Origin: Deltaproteobacteria bacterium
Lineage (GTDB): Bacteria; Myxococcota; Kuafuiibacteriia; Kuafuiibacteriales; Kuafuiibacteriaceae
Assembly (NCBI GenBank): GCA_040218735.1
Contig: JAVJQW010000057.1
Location: 480,001 to 544,000 of the forward strand
Direction of reading: 5' to 3'
Length of the DNA stretch: 64,000 nucleotides
Every line of letters begins with the position of its first letter. The first letter of the stretch is position 1. Positions 9,263 through 19,216 of this stretch are shown here, piece by piece. A program made the translations under genes and the position numbers. Under the pieces are notes generated by a model that saw only the letters and a list, made by a program, of their open reading frames with translations, searched no databases and had not been told where the DNA came from.

Positions 9263-10474
9263 TTGTCCTCCCACCGCCTCGGGCGCTGGCGTTTCCTGGA
9301 TCCCAGCCGACCCGAAGAACGCCAACGCCAATCCGAGACCGACGCGCGCATCGACGCGTGGTGGCGCGCGCTCGCCGCGCGTCGGGCGGACCTCGACGCG
9401 CTGTTCCTCGGCGAAGCGGAGTGGGACCTGCCCGAGTTCGTCGCCGAGAACCTCGGCGTCATCGACCACCGCATCATGTGGGAGTTCGGGCCCGCGCGTG
9501 CCGGTGACGGGCACGCGCTCGTGCTCACGCCGGAGTTCGATGTCGCGTTGCAGCCGCTGGTCGAGCGCATCGTCGCGCGCGCCCCGGCGGACATCGGCTT
9601 CGAGCTGCACACCGAGCGTCCGGCCGAACCGATCGACGTCGCGGTGTTGTTCGTGCAGGAGCAGATCGGCATCGACCTCCGCGCGGCGAGTGTCCTGGTC
9701 CGCGACGGCGAGCACCGTCGCTTCGACCTCGACTTCTTCTTCCCGGGCGGCGGATCCAAGGACGACCTCGAGGCGGCCGCGTACATCGCGACGTCCAAGC
9801 TCCTCGGTGAAGCGATCACGGAGCGCTGGGTCGGCGAGGTCACGGCGAAGGGTGGCGGCCGGCTCAAGATGTTCTCGAAGCCGGCGGCGCCGATCGGTTC
9901 GGTGTTGATCGGCGACTTCGCCCGGACCATCGCGACGCGCATCGAAGCGCGACGCGCGGAGCTCCCCAGTGCGCCCTGCGTCGACTACGTGCGCGATGCG
10001 GAGTGGTCCGTGTTCGAGCTGGACGGCCAGGACGCGATGTTCGCGCAGTTCGATCTGTTCACGGCGATCAGCCCGAACGACGCGCTGTTTCGCGCGACGC
10101 ACAGCGGCGACAACTTCTACGACGAGCGCTTCTCACGCTACGGCGAGACGTTCGCCTACCTGAAGATCGACGGGCGCGAAGGGCTCGACGGATCCAAGTA
10201 CGAGGACCGCGGAGAGATCGAAGACGAGCTCACGGAGATGCTCGAAAAACACGGCCTCGGCACCACCGTCGGCGGCGGCACCGGCGCCGTGCACAGCTAC
10301 GTCGAGCTCGCACTCCTCGAGATCGACACCGCCGTCGAGATGATCGCCAAGACCCTCCGCGAAGGCGGCGCCCCTCGGCGCTCGTGGATTCAGTTCCACC
10401 GCGCCGACTGGTCACGCGAATGGGTCGGCGTGTATCCGGACGCGCCGCGGCCGCCGATGCCGGACGACGACTGA
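9263..10474 (+). CDS. Hypothetical protein (403 aa)
   Basis: Long ORF directly after the lipoprotein gene; acidic, coding-like. Confidence 0.7.
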   Translation: MSSHRLGRWRFLDPSRPEERQRQSETDARIDAWWRALAARRADLDALFLGEAEWDLPEFVAENLGVIDHRIMWEFGPARAGDGHALVLTPEFDVALQPLVERIVARAPADIGFELHTERPAEPIDVAVLFVQEQIGIDLRAASVLVRDGEHRRFDLDFFFPGGGSKDDLEAAAYIATSKLLGEAITERWVGEVTAKGGGRLKMFSKPAAPIGSVLIGDFARTIATRIEARRAELPSAPCVDYVRDAEWSVFELDGQDAMFAQFDLFTAISPNDALFRATHSGDNFYDERFSRYGETFAYLKIDGREGLDGSKYEDRGEIEDELTEMLEKHGLGTTVGGGTGAVHSYVELALLEIDTAVEMIAKTLREGGAPRRSWIQFHRADWSREWVGVYPDAPRPPMPDDD

Positions 10475-10496
10475 GACGACGCTAAATCGCGCGGCT

Positions 10497-13142
10497 TCAG
10501 TTGGCCACGCTGTTGCGCGTGCCCGGTGTTCCGCCGGGAGTACGGCTCACGGCCCAGCTCCCCGCGACGTCGTTGTCGGCGTCGGGATCGACGAGCTCGA
10601 GCGACGCCCCGCCGGTGGCGTCGGGCCAAGGTGCGCTCGCCGAGTAGGCGACGCGATCCACGACCCGGCCGTCTGGATCGGACAGCTCGAGTGTCGCGGC
10701 GGAGTCGTCGAGCGGCGTCGGGAACGTGGCTACGGCGAAACGCCCGCCGCCCCGCGCTGCCCGCAGCGCACGATCGTCGCGCGCTACGATCAGATAGGCC
10801 TGCGGCAGGAGCACCGCGCCGGCCGGAAGGACCGCGTTCACACCCGCGAGACGCCACCCCGATAGATCCACGGCCTCCGTTGCGGAGGGGTTGAACAGCT
10901 CGACGAACTCCAGCTGAGAGCCTTCGGTCGGCGCGTAGTGGAGCTCGTTGATGACGATCCGAGGAGACGCGCTCTGCGCCGCCGGGACTTCGCCCGGGAC
11001 TCGATGCGTCGTGAACAGGTGGGCTCGCCTCCGTGGCAAGAAGTCCTCCGTGATCTGTGCGACCGCGGCGGGGTGGTCGAGGAGGAGGCCCCACTGCTTC
11101 CACCGCTCCTTGTCGAGCGCTGCCTCCGGCGCGACCTGCGGGACGTAGGCGTCGATCCACGCGTCGTAGACGCCGTCGGCGAGGAATCGGTCCATCAACG
11201 TCCGAAGCCGTCGGTAGAACATGGCTCTGAAGTCCGGGTCGGCGTGCATCGCGTCGATGATCCGGTTCCAGAACCCATCCCACTTCGTGTGGTCGCGGTC
11301 GCCGAACAAGGGATGACTCGGCGAGACCGAAGGATCCAATCCGGTGATCGCGTCGTCGTCCGCGAGGATCGTGTCGTCGAGGACGTTCGGGTCAGCGTTG
11401 CGTCCGAAGGTGAGGTCCATGTCCCATGGGTGAATGGCCCAGCGTTGCGTCCCGTTCGTGTCCCGGTAGAGGTAGTAGTTCTTCGAGAGGTGGTCGTTGT
11501 TGTGAATGACGACGTTGACCGCCATGTAGTTGATCACCGCGGCGACGTCGACGTTGTCGAGGATGAACGCCTTGCGTCCCGACGGCTCGTTGATCGCCTG
11601 CAGGAAGTCGAAGAGATCCTCGTGCCCCTCGCGCTCTCGCGTGTTCTTCTCGTACAGGGCGGACACTTCCTCGAAGGACAGCGCCGCACCGTCGCTGTTC
11701 GCTTCGTACCAAGCACCTTCGGGATCCAGACCGTGCCGACGCAGGTAGTCGCGATCCATGTCTTCGACGAACGTGAACAAACCGAAGAACTCGCCGTTCT
11801 GTTGCACCCGCACGGGGAACGCGGCGTTGGCGGGGCTGCCCGACTCTCGCCACGTCCGGTAGGCGAGGCTGTCCCGCAGGTAACTCTTGTCGGAGTAGGC
11901 GGACTGCAGGTTGAACTGGTCGACGGGCGCCGGGAGCAACCCGGGCGCGTCCAAGAGGTGCCCGCGCGGGAGCTTCACCTTCCAGTTGTTCTTCGAGAAC
12001 TGGCGCGAGCTGTCGCCCTTGATGCGGACGCGCGCGCCGTCGAACAACACGCCGTCGTAGTAGATGACGGCGGGGTACAGGTCGTCCAAGAACCACCCGT
12101 AGCGAGCGTCGCGATAATCGCTCGCCGCCATGAACCACTGCACGACCGGCAGCGCCGTCGACAGCGACGGATCGCGGACCACCGTTCCGTCCCACGTTCG
12201 TGTGTCCCCCGCGCGCGGCCACGTTCCGACGCCCTCCCCGTACGCGACGACCCGATAGCGCACCAGCGTCGACGCGGGTTGTCCGACGATCTCCGCCGCG
12301 AACACGCCGGGCGCGTCCGACGTCATGGTGACCGTCGTGGTCTCGGCGAAACCGATCTTCACGGCGAGCTCGGCGCGCGTGGCTCCGTCGATCGTGGCGA
12401 CGACGCGGAGCGCCGTGTTGGGCTCGGGGGCGCGCGGCGCTTCGAGGACGACGACGTACGGTGCGGCGGCCTCGGCGTAGACCGAGTTGCGCTCGCCCGG
12501 GGTCGGACCTCCGGCGCGCCATGCGCGCGCCGCGGCGTTGTCGAGCGACGGGTTCACCAGCTCCAACGCCGGCCCCAGACCGTCGGGCGTGATCGGCCAC
12601 GGATCGGTGTCGGCGTAGCTCACCCGGTCGACGCGTCGGCCCGCGCCGTCGATCAGCTCCAGGACTTCGCCGCTGTTGCGGAGCCCGCCGCTCGCGACGA
12701 AGTCCGGCTGGCGTCCGTAGGCGCCGACGTACCCCGCCGAGTCACTCGCGATCACCACGTAGCGGTCGGCTTCGAGGTCGAACGGCGGGAAGCTGAAATC
12801 GAATCCGCGGAGACGCCATCCGCCGACCGCGACGGTCTCGCCGCTCACGTTGTAGAGCTCGACGAACTGGGCGGTCTCGTCGTCGGCGGGCGGGTGATAC
12901 ATGATCTCGTTGATGACCACGGCGCCGACCGGTTCAGGGCCTGCGTCCTGCACACCGGCGTCGCGCGCGCCACCGTCACGCTCGAGAGTCGAGGGCCCGC
13001 CGTCCCGCGCGCCCGCATCGTGGGGGTCGGGGGCGTCCGAGGTGTCGTCCCCGGAGCAAGCCAGGGACGACGACGACGCCACAACCAAGAAGAACCACCA
13101 CCGCGGGACTACGCGCCCACCGCCGATGTACATCCGGATCAT
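10497..13142 (-). CDS. CotH-kinase family lipoprotein with two lamin-tail domains
   Basis: VVINEIMYHP..FVELYN and IVINELHY..FVELFN (LTD); RIKGDSSRQFSKNNWKVK, NNDHLSKNYYLY, HPWDMDLTFG (CotH); lipobox SLAC; start 13142 or 13133. Confidence 0.88.
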   Translation of the reverse strand: MIRMYIGGGRVVPRWWFFLVVASSSSLACSGDDTSDAPDPHDAGARDGGPSTLERDGGARDAGVQDAGPEPVGAVVINEIMYHPPADDETAQFVELYNVSGETVAVGGWRLRGFDFSFPPFDLEADRYVVIASDSAGYVGAYGRQPDFVASGGLRNSGEVLELIDGAGRRVDRVSYADTDPWPITPDGLGPALELVNPSLDNAAARAWRAGGPTPGERNSVYAEAAAPYVVVLEAPRAPEPNTALRVVATIDGATRAELAVKIGFAETTTVTMTSDAPGVFAAEIVGQPASTLVRYRVVAYGEGVGTWPRAGDTRTWDGTVVRDPSLSTALPVVQWFMAASDYRDARYGWFLDDLYPAVIYYDGVLFDGARVRIKGDSSRQFSKNNWKVKLPRGHLLDAPGLLPAPVDQFNLQSAYSDKSYLRDSLAYRTWRESGSPANAAFPVRVQQNGEFFGLFTFVEDMDRDYLRRHGLDPEGAWYEANSDGAALSFEEVSALYEKNTREREGHEDLFDFLQAINEPSGRKAFILDNVDVAAVINYMAVNVVIHNNDHLSKNYYLYRDTNGTQRWAIHPWDMDLTFGRNADPNVLDDTILADDDAITGLDPSVSPSHPLFGDRDHTKWDGFWNRIIDAMHADPDFRAMFYRRLRTLMDRFLADGVYDAWIDAYVPQVAPEAALDKERWKQWGLLLDHPAAVAQITEDFLPRRRAHLFTTHRVPGEVPAAQSASPRIVINELHYAPTEGSQLEFVELFNPSATEAVDLSGWRLAGVNAVLPAGAVLLPQAYLIVARDDRALRAARGGGRFAVATFPTPLDDSAATLELSDPDGRVVDRVAYSASAPWPDATGGASLELVDPDADNDVAGSWAVSRTPGGTPGTRNSVAN

Positions 13143-13179
13143 GCTACGCCACCGCGCGGCGGTTTCAAGCCCTGTTGCG

Positions 13180-13980
13180 CTAGGGGCGCAGCCACTCGGA
13201 CATGAACAGCGAGAAGACGTGCCGCGGGTTCCAGTCGCGACGCGTCTTGCCGTACAGGCCCGGCGCCCGAAGGTCCTCGTCCGTGTACTCCGCGCCGAAC
13301 GCACGCTCCGCGTAGATCGCGACGGCCTCCTCGACCCAGCGTTTGCTCCGGTAGACGGGCATCAGCATCTGGTCGATCGCGTCGCGCTCCTTCTCGGTGC
13401 AGCCCATGAGGTGAACGGCGTGCGTCATCTCGTGCACCATCAGGTGCGGGCGCCGCAGGACGTGCTCCTCGCGTAGGCCGATCATCGCGAAGTCGTCCTT
13501 CGGGTCGTTCCAGAAGATCCCGGCGGCGTTCGGGTTGGTGTGGCGCGGAAAGCCGAAGCGACGAAAGTCGTCTTGCTCGGGGATCAGCTCCAGGTGAATC
13601 GGTTTCGCGAGGAGCATCCGCGCGAGGACCGCGGGGTGGCCGGAGAGGACGCGCAAGACACCTTGCTTCGCGGCGTCGACCGTCGATGCCTGCACGCGGT
13701 TCGCGTGTACGACGAGCTGCTCCTTTTCGTAGCGCGCGAGGAGCTTCGGATCGCTGCGCGGCGGGGTGCCCTTGCGTTCGAAGAGGTCGCCGCCGCGGAT
13801 CAGCGAGAACGCCGAGATCGCGAGCGGCGAAGGCCCGCGGCGCTTCGCGGCCCCGATGCGGTCCTCCCAGCGTTTGGCGGCGACCGCGAGGTCGATCGGC
13901 TCGGCGGCGCGGTCGGCGCCGTCACCGACGAACTCGTCGAGGGAGGTGGAAGGGTTCGTGCGTCGACGCCAGAAGGGCAT
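13180..13980 (-). CDS. Putative zinc metallopeptidase (HExxH, gluzincin-like)
   Basis: MVHEMTHAVH plus downstream WVEEAVA; ATG 13980 overlaps the upstream stop (TGATG). Confidence 0.65.
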   Translation of the reverse strand: MPFWRRRTNPSTSLDEFVGDGADRAAEPIDLAVAAKRWEDRIGAAKRRGPSPLAISAFSLIRGGDLFERKGTPPRSDPKLLARYEKEQLVVHANRVQASTVDAAKQGVLRVLSGHPAVLARMLLAKPIHLELIPEQDDFRRFGFPRHTNPNAAGIFWNDPKDDFAMIGLREEHVLRRPHLMVHEMTHAVHLMGCTEKERDAIDQMLMPVYRSKRWVEEAVAIYAERAFGAEYTDEDLRAPGLYGKTRRDWNPRHVFSLFMSEWLRP

Positions 13981-14435
13981 CAGGTCCGCATGAGGAAGCG
14001 CTTCGCCGTGGGGCGACGCTCGTCCTCGACGCCGATGTGAATGAAGCCCTTCAGCGGATAGAACACCGACTCGTGCACGCCGAGGTCGTCGCCCTTGGCC
14101 TGCTCGGTCACCCACTCGAAGACGGCTTCGAGGTCGACATCGCCCTGCGGCTCGACGTCCGCAGCGCAGCCGGTGAGGTGCAGCGAATCGACGGACGCCG
14201 GGAGCCCCGCGTTGCGGCAGGCCTCGTTCAGCTTCACGTCGCGGAAGCCGGAGAGGACCTTCCACTCACCGGGGAACTTCGTGATGACCTGCTCGATCGC
14301 GCCGGCGAGCCGACGGAGGTTCGCGACGGTGGCTTCGTCCGGCTCGAGCTCGGCGGCGAGCGCCGGGAAGGTCGCGTCGACGAGGAAGTCGCCGAGCGTG
14401 AAGTGCTCGGACAGCTTCTGTGTCCGATCGGTCAT
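13980..14435 (-). CDS. Peptidase M15 family (D-Ala-D-Ala carboxypeptidase-like)
   Basis: LSEHFTLGDF, SGFRDVKLN, SLHLTGCAAD, FIHIG. Confidence 0.88.
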   Translation of the reverse strand: MTDRTQKLSEHFTLGDFLVDATFPALAAELEPDEATVANLRRLAGAIEQVITKFPGEWKVLSGFRDVKLNEACRNAGLPASVDSLHLTGCAADVEPQGDVDLEAVFEWVTEQAKGDDLGVHESVFYPLKGFIHIGVEDERRPTAKRFLMRT

Positions 14436-14437
14436 CG

Positions 14438-14641
14438 TCAGATGTCCTGGTTCATGCGCCCGAGCTGGCCGCGCGTCTTGGCGCGCGAGAAGAGCTGATA
14501 CAGCAGGGTGTGGACGCCGGGATCCTCGAGCGCGTCGTAGTTGATCTCGCCCTTCTTCACCATCTCGGCGCAGGTCTCGAAGAACGAGAACTCCGGATTG
14601 TCGGCGAGCAGGTCGTCCATGGCCTGTTGGATGTCTTCCAT
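14438..14641 (-). CDS. Small acidic hypothetical protein (67 aa)
   Basis: ATG 14641 MEDIQQAMDDLL..., ends 2 nt before the M15 gene. Confidence 0.6.
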   Translation of the reverse strand: MEDIQQAMDDLLADNPEFSFFETCAEMVKKGEINYDALEDPGVHTLLYQLFSRAKTRGQLGRMNQDI

Positions 14642-14696
14642 CGGCGAGACGGAAGCTAACCGAACCGCACGGATTTCCAAACGAAAGAGCGACCGA

Positions 14697-15632
14697 TCAG
14701 GGGTCGTTTGCGACCTCCCCCAGATCCGCCGTCGGACCGACCTCCATGTACGCCGGGTCGCCGTCGAAGCTAAGACCAAGGAATCGCTCGGGATCGACGA
14801 AGTAAGACCGCGTCTTCCCCGCGTCCTTGCCCTTCGAGATGAGACACCTGGTCATCACCGCGAGGTGAAGGTGGGGCCCGGTGACTCGACCCGTCGCACC
14901 GACCGCGCCGAGCAGGTCGCCCTTCTCGACGAAGTCGCCGACCTTCCGATCCCGACGCGACATGTGGAAGTACGCGGAGAACAACCCGCCACCGTGGTCG
15001 AGGATCGTCGTGCCCCCGCTCTTCCAGAGCATGCTCGCGAGCACCACACGCCCCGCGAGCGCCGCGTGGATCGGATCGCCGGTGATGCCCTTGAGGTCGA
15101 GTCCGTAGTGCACGCTCTTGCGCCGCCCGTTGAAGACACGCCGCACGCCGAACGGGCTCGTCGTCACGCCCGCGACCGGGCGGAACACCCCGCCGATCGC
15201 CTTGGGCACACTCGGGTCGCGCTTCCACAGATCACTCATCTGCTGCGCTTCACGCCGCAGGCGCGCCTTCAGCTTCGACGATTGCCGATTCGTGAAGCGC
15301 TTACTCACGCGCAGCTGGCTCTCCTCGAAGATCCGGTGGTCCACCGGGAGGCGCACCGCGAGCGGTTGATCCTCGAGCATCATCTCCAGGCGGTAGCCTC
15401 CGGCCTCGACGTGCGTGGGGATGCCAACGAATCCTCTCAGTAGATTCTTGCTGACGCGATCGAGCGGCGTCACACAACCGAACGCTTCGAGGGAGCCGGA
15501 CTGGATCGTCCGGTCCGTCGTCTCGACGTACACGATCACCAGGTCCCCCAGGCGCGGCTCCGCCGGCGAAAAACGCACCTTGGGCGGCGCGCTCGCGGCG
15601 ATCATCAACGCGGGGAGGACGAGGGCCAGCAC
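14697..15632 (-). CDS. M23 family peptidase, exported
   Basis: Signal peptide; TSPFGVRRVFNG..HYGLD, YFHMS, GATGRVTGPHLH. Confidence 0.92.
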   Translation of the reverse strand: MLALVLPALMIAASAPPKVRFSPAEPRLGDLVIVYVETTDRTIQSGSLEAFGCVTPLDRVSKNLLRGFVGIPTHVEAGGYRLEMMLEDQPLAVRLPVDHRIFEESQLRVSKRFTNRQSSKLKARLRREAQQMSDLWKRDPSVPKAIGGVFRPVAGVTTSPFGVRRVFNGRRKSVHYGLDLKGITGDPIHAALAGRVVLASMLWKSGGTTILDHGGGLFSAYFHMSRRDRKVGDFVEKGDLLGAVGATGRVTGPHLHLAVMTRCLISKGKDAGKTRSYFVDPERFLGLSFDGDPAYMEVGPTADLGEVANDP

Positions 15633-15644
15633 GCCGCGCTCTCG

Positions 15645-16520
15645 TCAGATACGCGCGCTCATGCGGATCGCGGTGAGGATGTCCCGCGTCGCCGTCGACT
15701 TGTTGAGCGTGTAGAAGTGCACGCCGGGCGCCCCGCCCTGCAAGAGGCCCAGACACTGGATCGTCGCGTGCGCTACGCCCAGCTCGTGGACACGCTGCGG
15801 CGAGTCCTTGCGCTTCTCGAGCGCCTCCAGGAGGTCGGGCGGGATGGTCGCGCCGCACATCTTCGTGAAGCGTTTGATCTGGTCGACGTTCTGGATCGGC
15901 ATGATGCCCGGAATGATCGGCACCGTGATGCCCTTCGCGCGCGCGCGGTCCACGAAGTCGAAGTACATGTGGTTGTCGAAGAACAGCTGCGTGATGAGGA
16001 ACTCGGCCCCCGCGTCGACCTTCGTCTTCAGGTTGTGCAGGTCCTGGTACGCGGACGGCGCCTCGGGGTGCGCCTCCGGATAACAGGCGCCCGCAATGCA
16101 GAAGTCGTGCTCCGACTTGATGAACGACGCGAGCTCGTTCGCGTACGCGAAGCCGCCCTTCGTCGCCTCGAACTTGTCCATCCCCTGCGGCGGATCCCCG
16201 CGCAGCGCGATGACGTTCTCGATGCCTCCCGCCTTCAGCTCCTTCAGGACACCGCCGATCTCCTCCTTCGTCGCGCCGACACACGTGAGGTGCGCCATCG
16301 CTTCGATGCCGAGCTCACCCTTGATGCGGCTCGTCAGCTCGACGGTCTTGGCGCGCGTGCTCCCCCCGGCGCCGTAGGTCACCGAGACGTACGCGGGTTT
16401 GAGGTCGCGGAGCTCCTGCAGCGCAGACCACAGGCTCTGCTCACCTTTCTCGGTCTTGGGCGGATAGAACTCGAACGAGAAGATCGGGTGCCCGGCTTGG
16501 AGCATTTCGGCGATGCGCAC
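15645..16520 (-). CDS. metF: 5,10-methylenetetrahydrofolate reductase
   Basis: SFEFYPPKT, VSVTYGAGGS, HLTCVG, ALRGD, YPEAHPE, ITQLFFDN, GVHFYTLN. Confidence 0.96.
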   Translation of the reverse strand: MRIAEMLQAGHPIFSFEFYPPKTEKGEQSLWSALQELRDLKPAYVSVTYGAGGSTRAKTVELTSRIKGELGIEAMAHLTCVGATKEEIGGVLKELKAGGIENVIALRGDPPQGMDKFEATKGGFAYANELASFIKSEHDFCIAGACYPEAHPEAPSAYQDLHNLKTKVDAGAEFLITQLFFDNHMYFDFVDRARAKGITVPIIPGIMPIQNVDQIKRFTKMCGATIPPDLLEALEKRKDSPQRVHELGVAHATIQCLGLLQGGAPGVHFYTLNKSTATRDILTAIRMSARI

Positions 16521-16523
16521 GCA

Positions 16524-17603
16524 TCAACCGTCGACTCCGACGGGATCGGCGTCAACCCCCGTCGCCGGGGTCGCCGCCTCGGATGGGGTGCGTACCCGAC
16601 GCCAGATGAAGCCGTCGAGGATGTAGTGCGTGACCTGAGGGACCGCGAGGAGCGGTAGGAGCACCATCGCCGCGGTTTGGGACAGGTCGACCTTGGGGCC
16701 GAAGAAGATCGGGTGGTCGGAGTGCCAGAACAGCCGATCCCAGGTGAGCTCCTCCGCGAACGCGAGAAACGCGAGCACGCCGTAGAACGGGAGCACGCCG
16801 GCTCCGAGCACGCGCGCCGCGAGGGTCCGCCCGGACTCGCGGCGACCGTAGACCCACACGATCCCGAAGTACGGCACGCCGTGGATCAACACGTTGGTCA
16901 CCGTGAACGCCCAGTCGGAGTTCGTGGCGATGATCCCCACGCCCCAACAGGCGGCGGTCGTCGCGACCACGATGTGTTTGCCGACCCGCAGCGGGACCCC
17001 TTCGCGCAAACGAACGACCTGCCGCGCGACGTACACCACGAACACCCCGACGTAGAGCGGCCACAGCACCCGCACGAGCTTCTCGGACGCAAACGTCGCC
17101 GCGAAGTCACCGGGGACGAACCAGTGAAAGCGCCGGTCGAGGTGCGCGTGCCACCACACGATCGGGAAACACGTCGCGGCGTAGATCGTCGCGCCGTCGA
17201 GCCAGCGATCGACGCGGTGCAAGCGATCGTCCTTGCGGTTGTAGAGCGCGACCCACCCGTACTGCTGACGCACGAAGTGGAACACCGCGAGGTACGCGAG
17301 CCCCGTCCAGAACGCCGCGACGGAGATCGACGACAGCGCGAGTCCGAACGCATACGCGACGATCGGCGCCCCGAGGTAGAGTATCGGGCGCCTGCGCAGC
17401 GCGTCCGTGTCCAGGTACGTGCGGTACAGCGTCGCCCAGACGTGCGCGACGTCCACGAGCAACACACACACGATCCACATCGGGAACGGCGTGTCGCCGT
17501 CGGGCGCGATCCACCGACCGAGCGGCACCAGCGCCAGCGCGACGAGCGCGGGCGCGAGGAACATCGACAGGTCGAACCGGCGAGAGACGAGCCACGGGCT
17601 CAT
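16524..17603 (-). CDS. Polytopic membrane protein with conserved-looking His motifs
   Basis: Multiple TM segments; DVAHVWAT, FHFVRQQYG, IHGVPYF, THYILDGFIW. Confidence 0.8.
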   Translation of the reverse strand: MSPWLVSRRFDLSMFLAPALVALALVPLGRWIAPDGDTPFPMWIVCVLLVDVAHVWATLYRTYLDTDALRRRPILYLGAPIVAYAFGLALSSISVAAFWTGLAYLAVFHFVRQQYGWVALYNRKDDRLHRVDRWLDGATIYAATCFPIVWWHAHLDRRFHWFVPGDFAATFASEKLVRVLWPLYVGVFVVYVARQVVRLREGVPLRVGKHIVVATTAACWGVGIIATNSDWAFTVTNVLIHGVPYFGIVWVYGRRESGRTLAARVLGAGVLPFYGVLAFLAFAEELTWDRLFWHSDHPIFFGPKVDLSQTAAMVLLPLLAVPQVTHYILDGFIWRRVRTPSEAATPATGVDADPVGVDG

Positions 17604-19216
17604 CGTGCGCCCCTGAGCGCGGCGAGCACTTCGCGCGCCGCGCGGTCACCGTGAGCGAACGCCTCCTCGAACAACGCCACGCCCGACAGATCGGTATGGG
17701 CGAAGTGCACCGGTCCGACGGGGCGCGCGGCAGCGCGGCGCGCGGAGTCGGTGCGGGTGCCGGGCGTGGGGCGGACCATCCCGTGTCCCCACCGACGAAC
17801 GTCGATGCGCTCTACGGACTTCTCGAAGTCTTCGTGGGTGCGAGCGAGCTCGCGGACGACGGCGTCGGTCGCCTCCGACCACGACATCTCGAGGAGGGAG
17901 CGGCGCGCGGTCTTGGGATCGCCGAGGAGGGGGGTGTAGTGCGTCCAGACGGTGGGCCCGCGCGACGCACCGTCCTGGTGGGTCGCGACGACGTACCCGA
18001 GTGAACGGCTGTCGAAGATCGTGTTGTCCCAGGCCGTCTCGAACCCCGGCGACCAAGGGCGGCGCGTCAGGTGCACGTTGGCGACGAGCCACGGCGCGTA
18101 CGACGGGTGGTACGCGGGGACCTCGTAGCCCTGGATCAGGTAGCGGCGCAGGAAGGACGGGAGCGCGAAGATCACCTGCTCGGCGATCCACGTCGTGGAG
18201 CGGCGGAGCGCGAGGTCCCAGGTGCGGACGCGGACGCGGCGACCGTCACCTTCTGGCGCGACGGACGCGATCACCGTGAAGGGGCGGAACCGCGACTGCC
18301 CGATGCGCGCGACGATCCCGTCGGCGATGCGTGCGTTGCCGTTGGACCAGGAGAGGAACGGCGCGCTGTCGCCGCCTCCCTGCTTCGTGCGCGCGGCGAA
18401 GTAGTGCAGGCCGTACCAAGCGCTCGTCGTCTCGGGCACGGTGCCGTAGTCGTCGCGGCACGCGTAGTCGGCGAGGTGGCGGACGAAGGGGGCGTCGAAG
18501 CCTTCGCGGTCGAGCCACGCCGCAAAGGTCATCGCGTCGAGATCTTCGAAGCCGACGCCCTCGTCGACGGGGAGCGTGAACGCACGGCGGCCGTCGGTTC
18601 GGTGATCGACGAACGCGGCGACCTTCGCCTCGAAGCGTTCGAGCTGCTCGCGGTCCGCGGTCGTCGCCGCGTGCATCGGGAGGTGACCGCGGTGCCACGC
18701 GCCTTCGAAGTACACGCGCTCCTCCGGGTCGGCGACGAGGAGGTGCTCGGGGTACTGCGGGTGGCCGGCGTCGTCGTAGCCAGCGACGAAGCCGAGGTCG
18801 TCGCAGAGCTCGACGAGCGGTGCGTTCGTCTTGGGAGGCGCGGGGAGGTAGTGCGCGCCCCACGGGTACGACGTGACGTTCGAACGATCGCCGCGCGCGG
18901 TGCCGCCGGGCGCCGACTCGAGGTCGAGCACGAAGAACCGATCGAAGCCGGAGCGGTGCAGGCGCCACGCGGCGGAGAGCCCCGCGATGCCGCCGCCGAG
19001 GACGAGCACCGGGACTTCGACCGGCTCGGCGTCGGCGTCGGGAGGGAGCTGTCCGTCGCGGATTCGGTGCGCGGCGGCGAACGCCCCTTCGTGGAACTCA
19101 CCGCCGAAGGACGGCTCGGTGGTGCGCCGGCACCCCGCGAGCGCGCCGGCCGCGGTGGTGCCGAAGAGCCAGGTGAGGAGCTCGCGGCGCGTGGACGTCA
19201 GTGCCACCTCGACCAC
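17600..19216 (-). CDS. FAD-dependent amine-oxidase-like oxidoreductase with Tat-like N-terminus
   Basis: TRRELL leader; VLGGGIAGLSAAW, PWGAHYLP, RWGHGM, DLSGVALFEEA. Confidence 0.88.
   Translation of the reverse strand: MVEVALTSTRRELLTWLFGTTAAGALAGCRRTTEPSFGGEFHEGAFAAAHRIRDGQLPPDADAEPVEVPVLVLGGGIAGLSAAWRLHRSGFDRFFVLDLESAPGGTARGDRSNVTSYPWGAHYLPAPPKTNAPLVELCDDLGFVAGYDDAGHPQYPEHLLVADPEERVYFEGAWHRGHLPMHAATTADREQLERFEAKVAAFVDHRTDGRRAFTLPVDEGVGFEDLDAMTFAAWLDREGFDAPFVRHLADYACRDDYGTVPETTSAWYGLHYFAARTKQGGGDSAPFLSWSNGNARIADGIVARIGQSRFRPFTVIASVAPEGDGRRVRVRTWDLALRRSTTWIAEQVIFALPSFLRRYLIQGYEVPAYHPSYAPWLVANVHLTRRPWSPGFETAWDNTIFDSRSLGYVVATHQDGASRGPTVWTHYTPLLGDPKTARRSLLEMSWSEATDAVVRELARTHEDFEKSVERIDVRRWGHGMVRPTPGTRTDSARRAAARPVGPVHFAHTDLSGVALFEEAFAHGDRAAREVLAALRGAR

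Noticed and set aside
10938-13205. 755-aa plus-strand ORF and similar long antisense ORFs (e.g. 19201-20928, 24074-25738, 54397-56025, 59312-60907)
   Set aside because: Shadow frames of real genes on the opposite strand, expected at this GC content; Arg/Val-rich with no motifs
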